A stretch of DNA of 64,000 nucleotides from Octopus sinensis (lineage: Eukaryota). The stretch is from NCBI RefSeq assembly GCF_006345805.1, contig NC_043018.1, forward strand, positions 62,001 to 126,000, read 5' to 3'. The notes under the pieces are model-generated. The model saw only the letters and a list, made by a program, of their open reading frames with translations. It was not told where the DNA came from and ran no database searches. The position numbers were made by a program, and so were the translations under genes. Position 1 is the stretch's first letter. Each line of letters begins with the position of its first letter. Below are positions 12,932 to 27,066 of this stretch, piece after piece.

Positions 12932-13286
12932 ATATATTATAAAAGTCCGTTCTGTCTGTCTGTGTATGTGTGTCTTCTAGGATCTCGGGCATCCTCCATC
13001 CGATTGCGCTCAAATTTGACATGTAGATACCGACGGTATCAGGGCGATCACAAAAATCGATTCCAGGTGAGAAATCGATCGATAAAGTGAATAAAATCGT
13101 TTTTCTTGGGAATAGAAAAAAGTCTATCTTTATTTCTTCTTTTGCTGGTGTCTCAAATTTAGGTTAAATCAGTGTTTCTCAAAGGGGAAGGCTATGGGAC
13201 TGTCGGACAAGTTGCTTGAGAAAATTCGGTTTAAATGTTTGACAACTCAGCACCGTTCATTGGACGGTGGGGGGACGTTTTGCTCG
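12932..13286 (+). mobile_element. Non-autonomous Helitron-like element
   Basis: 5' tataaaagt...(ctgt)n start like 56662-57038; 3' hairpin caccgttcattggacggtg then CTCG|T. Confidence 0.55.
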
Positions 13287-13499
13287 TATATATATATATA
13301 TAGATATATATATATATATATATTTTTATAGAAGGAGCTTCTACAGGACTACAACTGTTTCATTCAATTACTCTTGCTATGTATTGAGTACCTTATTTAC
13401 TGTGGTTAACCCCGACTCACCCCGGGACCTATATATATATATATATATTATATATATATATATATATATATTAACCTTGGGAACATATTCGCGAATGAT

Positions 13500-13990
13500 G
13501 GAATTCAGAGACTGAAATGAAAGTAGAACCTGGCAAAATGTCAAATTCGTTATCCCCAGTCCGGGTTTCGTGTTTATCCTCACCGACATACATGGATGTT
13601 GGTTAATGACCGACAGTGTGCGATCGCGAATACAAGTGGTCGAAATGAGATTAATCTCCAAGGGTCTCTTGAGATCAGTGAATATCTCCAGGTTAAGTTT
13701 CTACTTCTCTACATTAAGGGGTCACAATTCCGATACTGCGCACGTGATTACAATGCAAGCAGGAAAGAAACGTAAGACGGATTATCCCGGCCGAGCCAAC
13801 CAGCAGGTTACCCAGGGATAAACAAAGAACGAGATGATTAGATAACATTCACAGACATGGTTGGTCACGCTTGGAAAATCCAACAGGAAATTATAATGAT
13901 GGTTGTACTGAGAGGACCCGATAGAAGAGGTGCCTAATGATTCAACACCCACGACTCACCTAGGAATAATGCGCACAAAATATGATGGGT
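13500..13990 (+). mobile_element. Decayed RTE-clade LINE 3' fragment
   Basis: CWLMTDSVRSRIQVVEMR and a decayed RW-DNIH-like segment typical of the RTE RT C-terminus; frameshifts. Confidence 0.65.
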
Positions 13991-15038
13991 TGGAGGGATA
14001 AATACATATATATTTTCAATGAGCTGAATAACGAGGAACAAGAATTTTAAGCGCAGCTTTAGTTTTCCTTCGAATATATAACGACTATCGAAGATAGCAT
14101 CAGTTAATTATCGTTGAAACTGGGAATAGAAACAAAAATATTACTTATTTTTATGAGCTAATTCTATTACATTTTGTACCGTAATAATGTAAAAATTTGA
14201 TTATAGCGTACGTGCATATAATGTATTCGGCTTGTATTAGCACGAGTTATATTTGGAATACCATAACTTCTGTTTTATCAGCTAAATAAACACTTCCATC
14301 GGTTTCTAAAAAATAAAAAATAAAAATTAAAACACAGCTAAATTTGATTCTTTGTAACAATGTCTTAATATTGCTAAATTGTCAAAAGTTTATACTGTTA
14401 CATTGTACAAGTATCTCAGAATTATGTAAGATGTTTTACATCTGATACCGTTAAAAATTCACCGAATTGTTTTACTTTTATAACAATATGAGTTAACTGA
14501 ACAATACGAACTCAGTGAACAGGTGTAGCTAAAGACAAAGAAAAATATATGAAAATTTATTGTAAATGTAATTTTGGGAATTGCATAGAAACATCGATGG
14601 AGAAATATTACTAATCAATTAAAACAAATGCATATCTACGTCTACTAGCGCAAGTATATGTAAGTTAAAAATTCTGCCTCCTAACTATGCTATTGCTGGT
14701 TCAATCCAAGAGTGCGGTATCGTTCTTATAGCTTTTTTGTTTTTTTAGTTATAGCCTCGAGTTGACTAAAAACTTGGACGTGAAATGATGTGATAGGAAA
14801 CTGTGCAAAATCTAGTCGAAAAGAATATTCGTTTACTTCGTGTGGTGCGATTAGTCCAATACCATTTCGCTACCATCACTTTGTCTGCGAGTGTCTTCAA
14901 GGATGATCAATCTGTGAGAATTACTGACACAAGTCAAGGTTAAAATGATGATATTCGTTCTTCCATGAGTCTCGAGTTTGGAGTAGAAAACTACCACCGA
15001 GAGAAATCCTTTTTCCTATAATTAATTCATGCAAAAGT

Positions 15039-15212
15039 GGAGGTGCAATGGCCCAGTGGTTAGGCTAGGGCAGAAGACTCGCGGTTATGGGATTGCGGTT
15101 TCGATTCCCAGACCGAGCATTTGTGAGTGTTTATTGAGCGAAAACACCTAAAGCTCCACGAGTCTCCAGCAGGGGATGGTGGCGAACCCTGCTGTACTCT
15201 TTCACCACAACT
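15039..15212 (+). mobile_element. SINE family B, 5' part
   Basis: Matches 29349-29520. Confidence 0.85.
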
Positions 15213-15696
15213 TTTAAAGAAAATATTCTATACTGATTTTTAAAAATTCTTATATTACTCCTTAATTTTTCCAGTAATCATAGATGTCTGGTCCCATTTT
15301 AATCAAACAGATATATCATCTTAAAATAAATTCGCTACTTTTACGTTTCTGTCCTGTACTATTTATAATAACACCTCTAGACATAAGCAACACGTAGCAA
15401 TTTCTTATCTTTATAACTTTAAATCAGATTCGTTTATTTATAGACCAAACTGTTTACTCAACTTCATACATCCATTGTAACCAATGTCTGTCGAATCTCC
15501 CATAAGACTTATTAATAATACTTCACCATTTGACTATTCTGCAGCAAGACTCAAAATTATGGTGTGTTTCATATAAAAGCAGGATAATATTTCGATGCAT
15601 ATTTCTGAAGGAAAGAGAAAGATTCTGTTGATAAGTAATTACATATTCCTATCTATTCTATTCTCCCGGTTGCGAGGGTTTGTGTTGTATAAGAAA

Positions 15697-15968
15697 CTAG
15701 CAGTATCGCCCGGCGTTGCTCGGGTTTGTAAGGGAAATAACTATACAGCATTTTTAGAGAGTTATGGCCAAAAAATAGCAAAAAAATGCATTAAAAATGG
15801 AAAAAATAAGATGGTAAATTTTTTCAAAAATCGTTGACTCATCGTAGACATTTTTAGAGAGTTACTTCCCTTTAAAAATATGCATGAAAATGGAAAAAAA
15901 ATATGGTAAATTATTTTTAAAATCGTAGACTCATCGTAGACGCGCGCTAATACCCAGAAGGGCTCGAT
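15697..15968 (-). mobile_element. Non-autonomous Helitron (3' part, cut by gap)
   Basis: Same CTAG end and cccgagcaacgccggg hairpin as 56662-57038. Confidence 0.8.
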
Positions 15969-16068
15969 NNNNNNNNNNNNNNNNNNNNNNNNNNNNNNNN
16001 NNNNNNNNNNNNNNNNNNNNNNNNNNNNNNNNNNNNNNNNNNNNNNNNNNNNNNNNNNNNNNNNNNNN
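15969..16068. other. Assembly gap (100 N)
   Basis: Run of N. Confidence 1.
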
Positions 16069-17669
16069 CCTATGATTGTTGTTGATGGTGTATTGGACAA
16101 AATTCCGTTCACCTTACTCACATTTCAGAAACTTTTACGCAATGACGTGTCAACGACCTAGACTCTTTACTGTTTTACCATAAGTATTATAGACATTATA
16201 TACAAACACACACACACACACATATATATATTCATATATGTACATATATATTTATATACTTTTATGTACACACATATATATATACATATATTTACATATA
16301 TTTACATACATATATATATATATTTATATATATATACATTGAAATGTATACATGCATACGTATATATATAATAATATATATCTATATATACATATATGCT
16401 ATATATATACATACAAATGTATATGATTGTATAATATATATATAGATATATATATATTATTATATAATATACTCTTATAAATGTTTGTGTATATGTATCA
16501 TTTAAATATATATATATATATACGTATACACATTTTCTTACACACACATACAAATACACAAACGCATATATGGTCAGATACACAAACATACACAGACACA
16601 CATACAAACCCTCGAGCGTGTGCGCACACACACCCACACACACACCCACATACACACACACAAACCCACGCGATTATGTACATAGCTAAAGCGCTTGATA
16701 TACTCTGCTATGTTCTTTGCTCACGCCTTTCACCTTTAATCTATGGCACCTATACGTACACAAATAATGCTTTGTTCCTCTTAGTTTTTGAGCCACAAAA
16801 CAAACGACAAAGAAGATTTAAAGGGCAGAATTTCTATTGTCTTATATTCCTTTATCAGACCCTATTAATAAAGGTATCCATACATTTGCTTTCTTTAAGA
16901 AATTGATATTTCCTGTACTAGATTCTTCAACCTTTCTTTTAATCTCGAAATGTTTCTACTTTCTTTTCTACCTACTCCTTTTACCTTCCTTGAATGTCAA
17001 CTAAGAACACTAAAAATCTAGTTTCACTTTTTTTTTTCTGCACGACTGTATATGTCATGTGGTGCATTCTCTCTTTTATCGAATTACTATCTGAATGTCC
17101 CATCAGATGCGTGTATGAATGTGCAGGAGTGTATATATGTTTTTTTGCAAGTGGGTGAGTAATTGTATTTGCCTTCTTAGTATACGTTCCAGAGTGTGTA
17201 ATCGTGTATATACCTGAACGAAAATGCTAGTAACATTGAACAGTTTGAGTGAGTTTGCAATTTAGTTTTAGATTCTTCTTGCGGTTATTGTTCATCTACA
17301 TGATACAGGTTTTTTCTTTCTTTGGATATGGGAGAAATATTCGATATTGTATTACTCTCAGTATAGGTAAGAATCTTTTAGTTAATTAAATGTAACCTTA
17401 TCGTGTAATCTATGAGTGATCTTTGTCTTAAAGTCATGGATGTTAATTAAATAACGCAGGTTTTCTCAGAAAATGTCATTTAGTGAGAGAAAGAACAACG
17501 ATTGCTACAAAATTTGCATGGGGACAAATTTTGATCCCACAGTAGTTGTTTAGTCCCCAAGTCAACGATCCTTTATGAGGCTGAAAATGAAGGATGTTCC
17601 TGGTGTGAGCATCCACATTTTTCTCTTGATTTCTTTTTCTTTTTTAAATATAACAGAAGGCTACTTCTA

Positions 17670-18087
17670 GGCGCAGGAGTGGCTGTGTGGTAAATAGCTT
17701 GTTTACCAGCCACATGGTTCAGAGTTCAGTCCCACTGCGTGGCACCTTGGGCAAGTCTCTTATACTATAGCCTCGGGCCGACCAAAGCCTTGTGAGTGGA
17801 TTTGGTAGACGGAAACTGGAAGAAGCCCGTCGTATATATGTATATATATATATATGTAAGTGTATATGTTTCTGTGACTGTGTGTGTCCCCTCACCATTG
17901 CTTGATAACCGACGGTGGTGTGTTTACGTCGCCGTAACTTAGCGGTTCTGCAAAAGAGACTGATAGAATAAGTACTAGGCTTACAAAGAATAAGTCCCGG
18001 GGTCGATTTGCTCGACTAAAGGCGGTGCTCCAGCATGGCCGCAGTCAAAATGACTGAAACAAGTAAAAGAGTAAAAGAGTAAAGAGT
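17670..18087 (+). mobile_element. SINE family C, full length
   Basis: ggcgcaggagtggctgtgtggtaa...gttcagtccc tRNA-like head; caccttgggcaagt CORE-like motif; tail ggtgctccagcatggccgcagtc...gactgaaac(aagtaaaagagt). Confidence 0.92.
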
Positions 18088-18103
18088 ATATATAAGTGTT
18101 TGC

Positions 18104-18366
18104 GTGGAGGTGCGTGGCTTAGTGGTTAGGGTGTCAGCATCATGATCGTAAGATTATGGTTTCGATTCCTGGACCGTGCGACGCGTTGTGTTCTTGAGCA
18201 AAAACACTTCATTTCACTTTCCTCCACTCTACTCAGCTGGAAAAAATGAATAGCGCTGCGATGGACTGGCGCCCCATCCAGCTGGGGAGCACATACGCCA
18301 GTGAAACCGGGAAACCGGGCCCATGAGCCTGGCTAGGCTTTAAAAGGACGCATTTATTTATTTATT
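18104..18366 (+). mobile_element. tRNA-headed SINE with V-domain-like core (family E)
   Basis: A/B boxes; ctgcgatggactggcgccccatccag...gaaaccggg resembles the V-SINE domain (recalled); (TTTA)n tail; candidate TSD tataagtgt. Confidence 0.7.
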
Positions 18367-19801
18367 TATAAGTGTATACACATATATACATGCATACATA
18401 CACACTCACATGCACACACACACACGCTTACAATAGCAGTGTGATTAAACGCGCGTGGCTGTAATACCCCAGTGACTTGCTAAAACTCGCACTCACATCC
18501 CAACAACGCGGCGTATTTTTAATATTACTTTAAATAAAAATTCCTGAGTTGTCCCTCCTCCCACCCGCTACCTACTGTGATTAGAGCTAATCGATAATCT
18601 AAAATTTTCAATTTCCTCACCGCAGTTGAAATACAAATTCTCTGAAATATCTCAAATATTTTTAATTCCCACTTTACAAAATAGCTGTGTGATCGGCTGT
18701 AGTTCCAGCGACGAAGGGTGTTACACTATGCTTGATACATTCTACTCTTCGTGACCTATAGCTTGCTTATCAATGATTGGTGATAGATCTAAAATGAATA
18801 TTCAATCATTTTCATAAGTTTCATCACAAAAAAATACAAAAGTATTTTGCAAAAAAAAACCAACAAAACTTACAATTTCTTAGCTTTGTTTTGTTAAAAT
18901 TATTAAATTTTAACTAATTTTTATAGTAGTTTTTATATTAATCTTTTATTAATTTGTTTTATAAATCTTTATAAAAATAAACCCAATTTAAATCTTTATA
19001 CATTGCTATGGCTGAAGAAACAGATTGCTGATCCGGTTTATTAGATTCTTTAGGCTGTAATGGAATAAATAAATAAATAAATAAGTGATGGCAGAGGAAA
19101 GCAAAAGGCTGACTTTCTTTAGTAGGCAGTCATTCATTCGTAAACGAGAACTAACAACTTCCTGAAATTCGTAGGAAATGAAGCGAGGACAAGTGGGTTT
19201 CTTTATGTTTCTTCTTTTTAAGAACACAATCCTGTGTTCAACATGGAGCAAGAAAAGCAGAATAGGAAACCCAATAAGCGTGAAACGAATATTAGTTTTA
19301 GCATTTAAGATGTAAACATTCATAAAAGAAAAAAAAAGAAAAAACTACAGAACCGCATATATTATAATAAGGAATAAATTTAAAGGGTTTTAGAAGAGAG
19401 AAAGTATGGGACGTACAATGTAAGTATACTTGAAGATCTTCTAAATAGCTTAACATGTTTAAACGAAGTGTAGCATTGTCTCTCCGTATTATGTTTGGGT
19501 CTCTGAACAGAAAATAACATAAAATGTTTTGAGATCGTGCACAGTCGTCCTCGTTGTTTATTTAGCTCCATGTCAACCCGTTTTCAAATAGACTTACGAA
19601 TGGACGACTTCTGTCTACGACCATATTGCGACTTTGCTCACACATGTGTGTGTATATGCATGCACGTATGTATATACACATACACATATAGATAGATACG
19701 TATATACACACGTAAAAATGTGCACAATTACATATATATATATATATATATACAGAGGGAGAGAGGGATAAATATATTTACATATATGTACATATACACG
19801 C

Positions 19802-19851
<50 letters not shown>

Positions 19852-19879
19852 GTGTGTGTATACACGATATATATATATT

Positions 19880-20286
19880 TTCTTTACTTGTTCCAGTCAT
19901 TTCAATGCGGCCATGCTGGAGCACCGCCGTTAGTCAAGTAAATCGACCCCAGGACTTGTTCTTTGTAAGCCTAGTACTTATTCTATCGGTATTTTTCCCG
20001 AACCGCTAAGTTACGGGAACGAAAAACACCGGCATCGGTTGTCTGGCGATGTTGTGGGAGACAAACACACGTATACACACATACGTATATATATAAATAC
20101 ATATATATATATATGTATATATATTTACGACGGCCTTCTTTCAGTTTTCGTTTACCAAATCCACTCACAAGGCTTTTGTTGGCCAAGACTATAGTAGAAA
20201 GCACTTGACCAAGTTACCACGCTGTATGACTGAACCCGGAACCATGTGGTTGTTAAGCAAGTTACGTACCACACAGCCACTTCTGC
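19880..20286 (-). mobile_element. SINE family C
   Basis: Reverse complement of the 17670 copy, more diverged. Confidence 0.88.
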
Positions 20287-20559
20287 ATCGTCTCTGCATC
20301 TTATGCTGTGCCGTAGACTATATTTTTAGTTCTACATTCAATGTCAGGATTAATCTTACATACAACACAGTTCGTCCTACATAATTGAGATCTGATGGAG
20401 TTCCCTGGTTTCTGAACGATCTTAATATTGAGTTTGTTCTTCTTCAGAGCCATCCTAAATCCACGGGAAAATTCCCCATGAGGTGTGGCTTCTGCAAATA
20501 TCACTCTTTGATATTTGTCAGCACTGTACCATGTGTTTATTCTGTTTGCTATGTCACAA

Positions 20560-21000
20560 ACCCTCTGTATGTTATTCCAGCCTTTACCTCTACATCTAGG
20601 GCGGTTATCATTGGTTTCACTACCTATGGTGTTATCTGATTCCTTTCTTGCCCCCTTCTATACACGAACCTATCTATTTGGTTATATCCAAAAAATCGCG
20701 TGTGGTCCATGAAGTTCTGTATATGTTTCCTATCCTAACTAAATCTGCTATCAATATGCTATCTTTCATATTGTGTGAAAAGTTTCAGTTCTCGTGAACA
20801 ATATTTTTAGATGTTATTGGTTTCATGTAATAGGTGTGGAGAAGCTGCATTCTGTTCTTTACAGTTCCTAACCAAAGTTCAGTATCAAGGACAGGGAGTC
20901 TATTGTTGGGGTGCCTAATGGGGTAATCTATAGTTTTCTTGATACTTTGGTAGATGGAATTAACTACCTGCTGGATTCCAATCGTGTGAACTTTAGATTT
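20560..21000 (-). mobile_element. Possible very old RTE-like LINE fragment
   Basis: Only weak residual resemblance to an RT C-terminus on the minus strand. Confidence 0.25.
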
Positions 21001-22277
21001 CAGTTAAGAACAAAATATAATTAGCACTGACCGGGCACGATTCCTATAGTGTATGACTCTCGCAACATGTAATATAGAAAGCAAATATGTTTCCAATAAC
21101 CAACCGGTTTTATCTTATTACACTGAACCTTTATTCATCGTACGCAATGCCCTACTCAGTCTAAATAACGTGAGTGCAATCACTTCCAAATATCACGCGA
21201 ACGAAGCTCTCCCTATTTACCATGTTACTTATTGGTACCAATAATCCTACTAATAAACACACATGGTGCCTGCACGCCAGATCGTCTTCTCCCTAACAAT
21301 ACCTACGAGTAATCGTTGATTTGTAGTTTCTTCATATTAACATTACCTTCATCGAACTGCCTAGATTTACGAAAATCAGTTTTATAATCGATTATTTTTG
21401 CCTAAACCACTGGAAAATATAGGCAATCATATCTTATCTTTTTAGATTCAAGCATTCTGGTTAATTCCTCTGGTATAGATAAAATGGCTCTTTCACACAC
21501 TCAAACTAAAACCGTTCCTTAGAATGTTGAGATGTTCGTTCAATAAAATGCTTCATTTTAGACGTATCTTGGAGAGCAACCCTGAATATTTGATTCATAC
21601 ATCTTATTTCTTCGTGAAATTTCCGCAATTATATTATATATCTAATAAGCAATATAAAATTTACCAAAAGGAAACCATCAAATTAAGTGTATTTAAAAGG
21701 GAACCGCAATGCATCTTGAACAAAAGATCATTATATCAATTGACAATCAGAAATAACCATTCATTGGAGAATGAAAGAGGAAATAATATATAAACAAAAT
21801 GTCGGCTGACATACTGACACTGTTTTAACGTAACATTAATCGTATCGCATTGAGGTATTTTAGATCTGATAAAGCAACGCCAAGAAAAAGACGTACGATT
21901 ACAAAACGAAAAAGAAACTTCAATGCGAAATAAAATTTGGATTTTCAACCCATTTTGAAATCGTAATTTTCAAACAGTAAACAGCTGCATTCAAATATAA
22001 TGTGGAGGTTGCCAGTACGCTAGGCAAAATTTGATTTCCATTTAACTTAACTTCCATTGACCTTCTTAAAAGCGATAGTGTTTAGATAAAACATTATGAT
22101 TCGCTATTATCGATAATTTTAATCAAGGTGTTCATTTTTTACTTCTCTCCTTTCAACTATTGTTCTCTAATCTGTTCAAATATCAAAATCTTTACAAAAC
22201 GGAGCTTTCGTATTGTTTTGGTAACTTAGTTTTGATCTTGGCGTCGGCATCTATCTATATATATATATATATATATT

Positions 22278-22315
<38 letters not shown>

Positions 22316-22541
22316 TATATAATATATATATATATATATAAATACATGAGTGTGTGTGTATTTAAATTGTATATATATATGTGTGTGTGTTGTGTGTATA
22401 CACATAACTATATATGCAAACATAGAGGGATATATCATGTACATCTATTCGTATATAAATATATATTAACATTCATATAAATAATTATGTATTTACATAC
22501 ACACACAATATGTATATATGTATGTAGCTATATATATATAG

Positions 22542-22574
<33 letters not shown>

Positions 22575-23906
22575 ATATATATATATATTATATATATATA
22601 TATATATATACATATATACGTACATACATATCATATATGTATGTATGTGTATATATATGTATATATATATACATACATATATATATATTATATATATATA
22701 TATATATATTATATATTATATATTATATATATATATATGTGTGTGTGTGCAATTTTACTTCGTTTTTGTTTTGTTTTCGATTAATATAAATTGCCACGTA
22801 ATTAAAACAATCTAATCATTATGAATATATCTGAAATGATGTGAAGAATTTTAAGCTAATTACAATCTCATAATTTAATATTGTTTATTATGCAAATTTA
22901 TTTTTGTCATATTTTTCCTCTTCCTTCTTTTATTTTTCGGTTTCTTTTTCTTTTTAAAAAAAAAATACTTCGTTTCGCTGTATCGAAAGAAACTAAACAA
23001 AACCAATTTGAATATGAAATGGGAAGTAAAAGAATTTCATTACAATGTTATTCGTATTGTAAATCTATTGAAGATTATTTGTGAAAAATATATGAACGGT
23101 CTTGATAAAAAATGGTCGACTTAATTTTCGTAATGAAGGAGATTGTGCGAGTATATATGCTCTGTAATTGTTGGTTTTGCGTCGTTGAGTCGTTGTGTTG
23201 TTTAAGTCCTAGCTATAATTTTAATAGCGTCCTGTAGTGTGGCCTTTGTTCGGGAGTTGCTGGGTTTTTGAGGAATATGGGACCGCCTCTTCTTCAGTAT
23301 TGTTCCCAGAGAAGCAGTAGGTGTCAATGACCCGGCCTTGGGTTAATTAGCATTTTAGGGCTTATTTATTTATGCATGTTAAGACTAGATGCAGCGGACT
23401 CTATACAAGAAACCTTCGTGATTCAAGGAAAGGGAAGGTGGCTCTGCAACAACCCGTTCTTGCGTGAAGAGAGCAACGAAGACATCTTGGCCAAACACTT
23501 CTGACGACACCATCCTCAATTGTCTCGATGTGATCTTCACGCAAGATTGGCGACGATGTGTATTCTTGTCTGCGTACATCGAAGAAAGACAGAATGAACT
23601 AAAGAAAAGAGGAGGATATACGTGGGATGAAATAGGTTCTTAACAATTCACAAACGTGTGACGAACGATCTCCAGACGATGATCATAAGATGGTATAGGA
23701 ATGTCAATAAACGAACGAAGAACGAATGAGTAGTGCGTGCGTTTATTTAGCAAGAAAATAGTGACCGTCCAGAAATATAACAATATTTGTTTCAACATAT
23801 GATTTCACATAAGGAATCTTGCTAGACAAATTAACACGCACACACACACGCACACACATACACACACATATACACATACATAAATAAATATGCATACTCA
23901 CAGAGA

Positions 23907-23950
<44 letters not shown>

Positions 23951-23981
23951 ATATATATATATGCATATATATATATACACA

Positions 23982-24048
<67 letters not shown>

Positions 24049-24056
24049 TATATTAT

Positions 24057-24101
<45 letters not shown>

Positions 24102-24689
24102 TCTGTTGTACGCATATATTATGACAAACATTACACAGATATACAAATATGCGTAACGCTAATATTCTAAGTTACACTGCATATTATTTGAAAGACTTTT
24201 GTATAAACATATTTATTTCCACACACATACAACCACGCCAGCATACACAAACATACATACACTCCCATGTAGTTTGGTAAATCTCTGAATATAAACGAAA
24301 TATAATAATCCAGTGCAATCTATAAATATGTTTGATTAGAATGGATTATGACGTTTCTGCTGCCTCTAAATATATTGAAATGTGTGTTACAGTGATTCTA
24401 TTAGGTTAATCTTGTTTTGGTCAAAGTTAAAAGTTTGTATAAACATTTCACCTAGATGTGTATCATTGATAGTCTATGTTTGTAATATTACTTTGTCTTC
24501 ACGGCCGAGGTTTCCGTTAAATTAATTTAAGACAGTTGCACTTATGAGCTATGTTGGGAGAATCTAATATTGTAAATGGTATTTTGTGGTTGGGAATCTT
24601 TTGCTAGTGTAACGCGTTGCATTTTATAATGGTCATATAGGAATCACATATATGTATGCCTGGCTTATGTGCTGTTATATTTGTATAAG

Positions 24690-25040
24690 AAACATCCTGG
24701 AGTGCCAAGGACTCCAAATTTGCCATCAAGATGTAGGACAAGATACTGTGATAGCCTGGGCTTCAGAGGTCCACAGCTCTTAAATACCCTCCCGAAGGAC
24801 CTGAGAGACCTGTATGGGGTGGATGCAGATGTCTTTAAAATGAAACTGGATCTCTTCCTGTCAGGTGTCCCAGATGAACCAACTTCACGGCAGGAGGTGC
24901 AGATGAGAGCAGCTGCATCAAACTCTCTCATGCACCAAATGTCAATTGCTAAAAAGCATTCGTGAAGTAAAATCATGTAGCAACACCGAATAGCGGTGCC
25001 CCAGCATGGCCACAGCTCGTGAGCTGAAACAAGATAAAAT
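24690..25040 (+). mobile_element. 5'-truncated CR1-group LINE (ORF2 C-terminus plus 3'UTR)
   Basis: SLGFRGPQLLNTLPKDLRDL...FKMKLDLFLSGVPDEP...RAAASNSL; 3' stem-loop ggtgccccagcatggccacagctcgtgagctgaaac. Confidence 0.8.
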
Positions 25041-25167
25041 TTAAAAAAAGATTTTTAAAAAAAATTTTGAGAAATAGATGCAAATCTCCCTCAAGACGCG
25101 ACGTAATTCCTGTAGAGATTCCAGTATTTCACGTGCAAATACAGATACACATACAGACACAAGCATC

Positions 25168-25401
25168 CTATTTCTTTACTACCCACAAGGGGTTAAACAC
25201 AGAGGAGACAAACAAGGACAGACAAACAGATTAAGTCGATTATATCGACCCCAGTGCGTAACTGGTATTTAATTTATCGACCCCGAAAGAATGCAAGGCA
25301 AAGTCGACCTCGGCGGAATTTGAACTCAGAACATAGCGGCAGACGAAATACGGCTACGCATTTCGCCCGGCGTGCTAACCATTCTGCCAGCTCGCCGCCT
25401 T
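25168..25401 (-). mobile_element. SINE family D, full length
   Basis: Reverse complement of 47461; TSD aagcatcc. Confidence 0.9.
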
Positions 25402-25871
25402 GAAGCATCCATACGCACATTCCCCTTGTCCCTGTCTCTCCACCTCATGCTCTCTCGCAGTCCCACTCTCTGTGACAGACTGGAATAAGGAGAGATATAG
25501 ACTGTGACTCTTACAAGTAAACACACGTAGGAGAGTAACATTGATTGTATTGGTGCGCGTGTGATAGCAAACTCTCCCCTCCTCTGTCTCTAGCGTTTCT
25601 GTTTTACAGTCGCCTCATGTCTCTCTCACAGCAATTATCGAATGAGAAATACATCAGGTAAGTATATAAATAGAGAAGATGAAATGAAAGCAATGGAGAT
25701 GATCGTGGTGGGGAGGTTTGCGTGTGACGCTAAAATTTCTATTTCTTTCTCTCATTTTTATTTTTTTTCTTAATTCCCTTTATATTTCTCTACGTGTCGC
25801 TATAGATCGCACTGGTGTAGAAGAATTAAGAACGATATAGACTGAGTGTACGCACTGAGATATATTTATAT

Positions 25872-26278
25872 CGAGCTGGCAGAAGCAGGAGGCCGGGCGA
25901 AAAGCGTAGCCGTATTTTGTCTGTCGTTACGTTGTGAGATCAAATTCTGTCGAGGTCGACTTTGCCTTTCATCCTTTCAGGGTCGATAAATAAAGTACCA
26001 ATTAAGCATTGGGGGTCGATGTAATCGACTTAATCCCTTTGTCTGTCCTTGTTTGTCCCCTCTATGTTTAGCCCCTTCTGGGCAATAAAGAAATAGGTAT
26101 TTCGTCTGCCATTACGTTGTGAGTTCAAATTCCGTCGAGGTAGACTTTGCCTTTCATCCTTTCGGGGTCGATAAATAAAGTACCAATTACGCATCGGGGT
26201 CTTGTAATCGACTTAATGTCTTTGTCTATTCCTTGTTTGTCCACTCTATGTTTAGCCCCTTGTGGGCAATAAAGAAAT
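25872..26278 (+). mobile_element. SINE family D with tandem head-less second unit
   Basis: Unit 25872-26097 followed by internal restart gtatttcgtctg to 26278. Confidence 0.85.
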
Positions 26279-26479
26279 ATATAGATAGATAGCGAGTGAT
26301 GCGAGTGCAGGTAGGTGTGGGGGCAGTTTGAAAAGAAACTAGACATCTTATTGCTGGGCTCCTTTTTTATTAATATAATTTTTTTACCCATTACATACAT
26401 TCTGAAGTAATGGAGAGGATTATAGATTATTATTTACAGCATGAGTATACAAGATCTCCACAAATATTAATAAATTATT

Positions 26480-26880
26480 GCCCTTTCATTTTCTAGGCTT
26501 ACTTTTTCGAACCTTACAGATTTCGGTGGTCATATTTGCACCATGTAGCAAGCTAGTACCTGTATGGAACTGGCAATTAGGTAATGACAGAAATAATACG
26601 ATGGAGGGTGTTCATCCGAAGGATCTCTGGAGGAACATAATCAGCTGGGTTGCGTATCTCACAGGTCATGGAGAATCTTCAAGTAGAGCCACTTCTTTTC
26701 CTTCTTGAGAGGTCACAGCTATTTGTACTATGGACATGTTATAAGAAGCCCAAGAGAAGATGATTGGATAATATTATGTCCGCGGCTGGTATTGCTTAGC
26801 AATTAGCCAGAAACTATAATGTTTGTTTCACATAGAAACACAAATAGAAGATGCCTGATAACTTCACCCCACCTCCCACA
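26480..26880 (+). mobile_element. Old RTE-like LINE 3' fragment
   Basis: agaagcccaagagaagatgattggataatatt resembles the RPRRRWLDNI motif of the 13500 and 52490 fragments. Confidence 0.35.
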
Positions 26881-27035
26881 ATTCTCCTACGAAAAATAAA
26901 TGAAGAAAATGGCTAGATGGGTGGAAATGTCTATGCATATTCCATGAATTAGTTACTCTATATATTTGCTCACATTTAGTAGTATACATACATCATACAT
27001 ATATAATATATATTATATATATATATTATATATAT

Positions 27036-27066
<31 letters not shown>

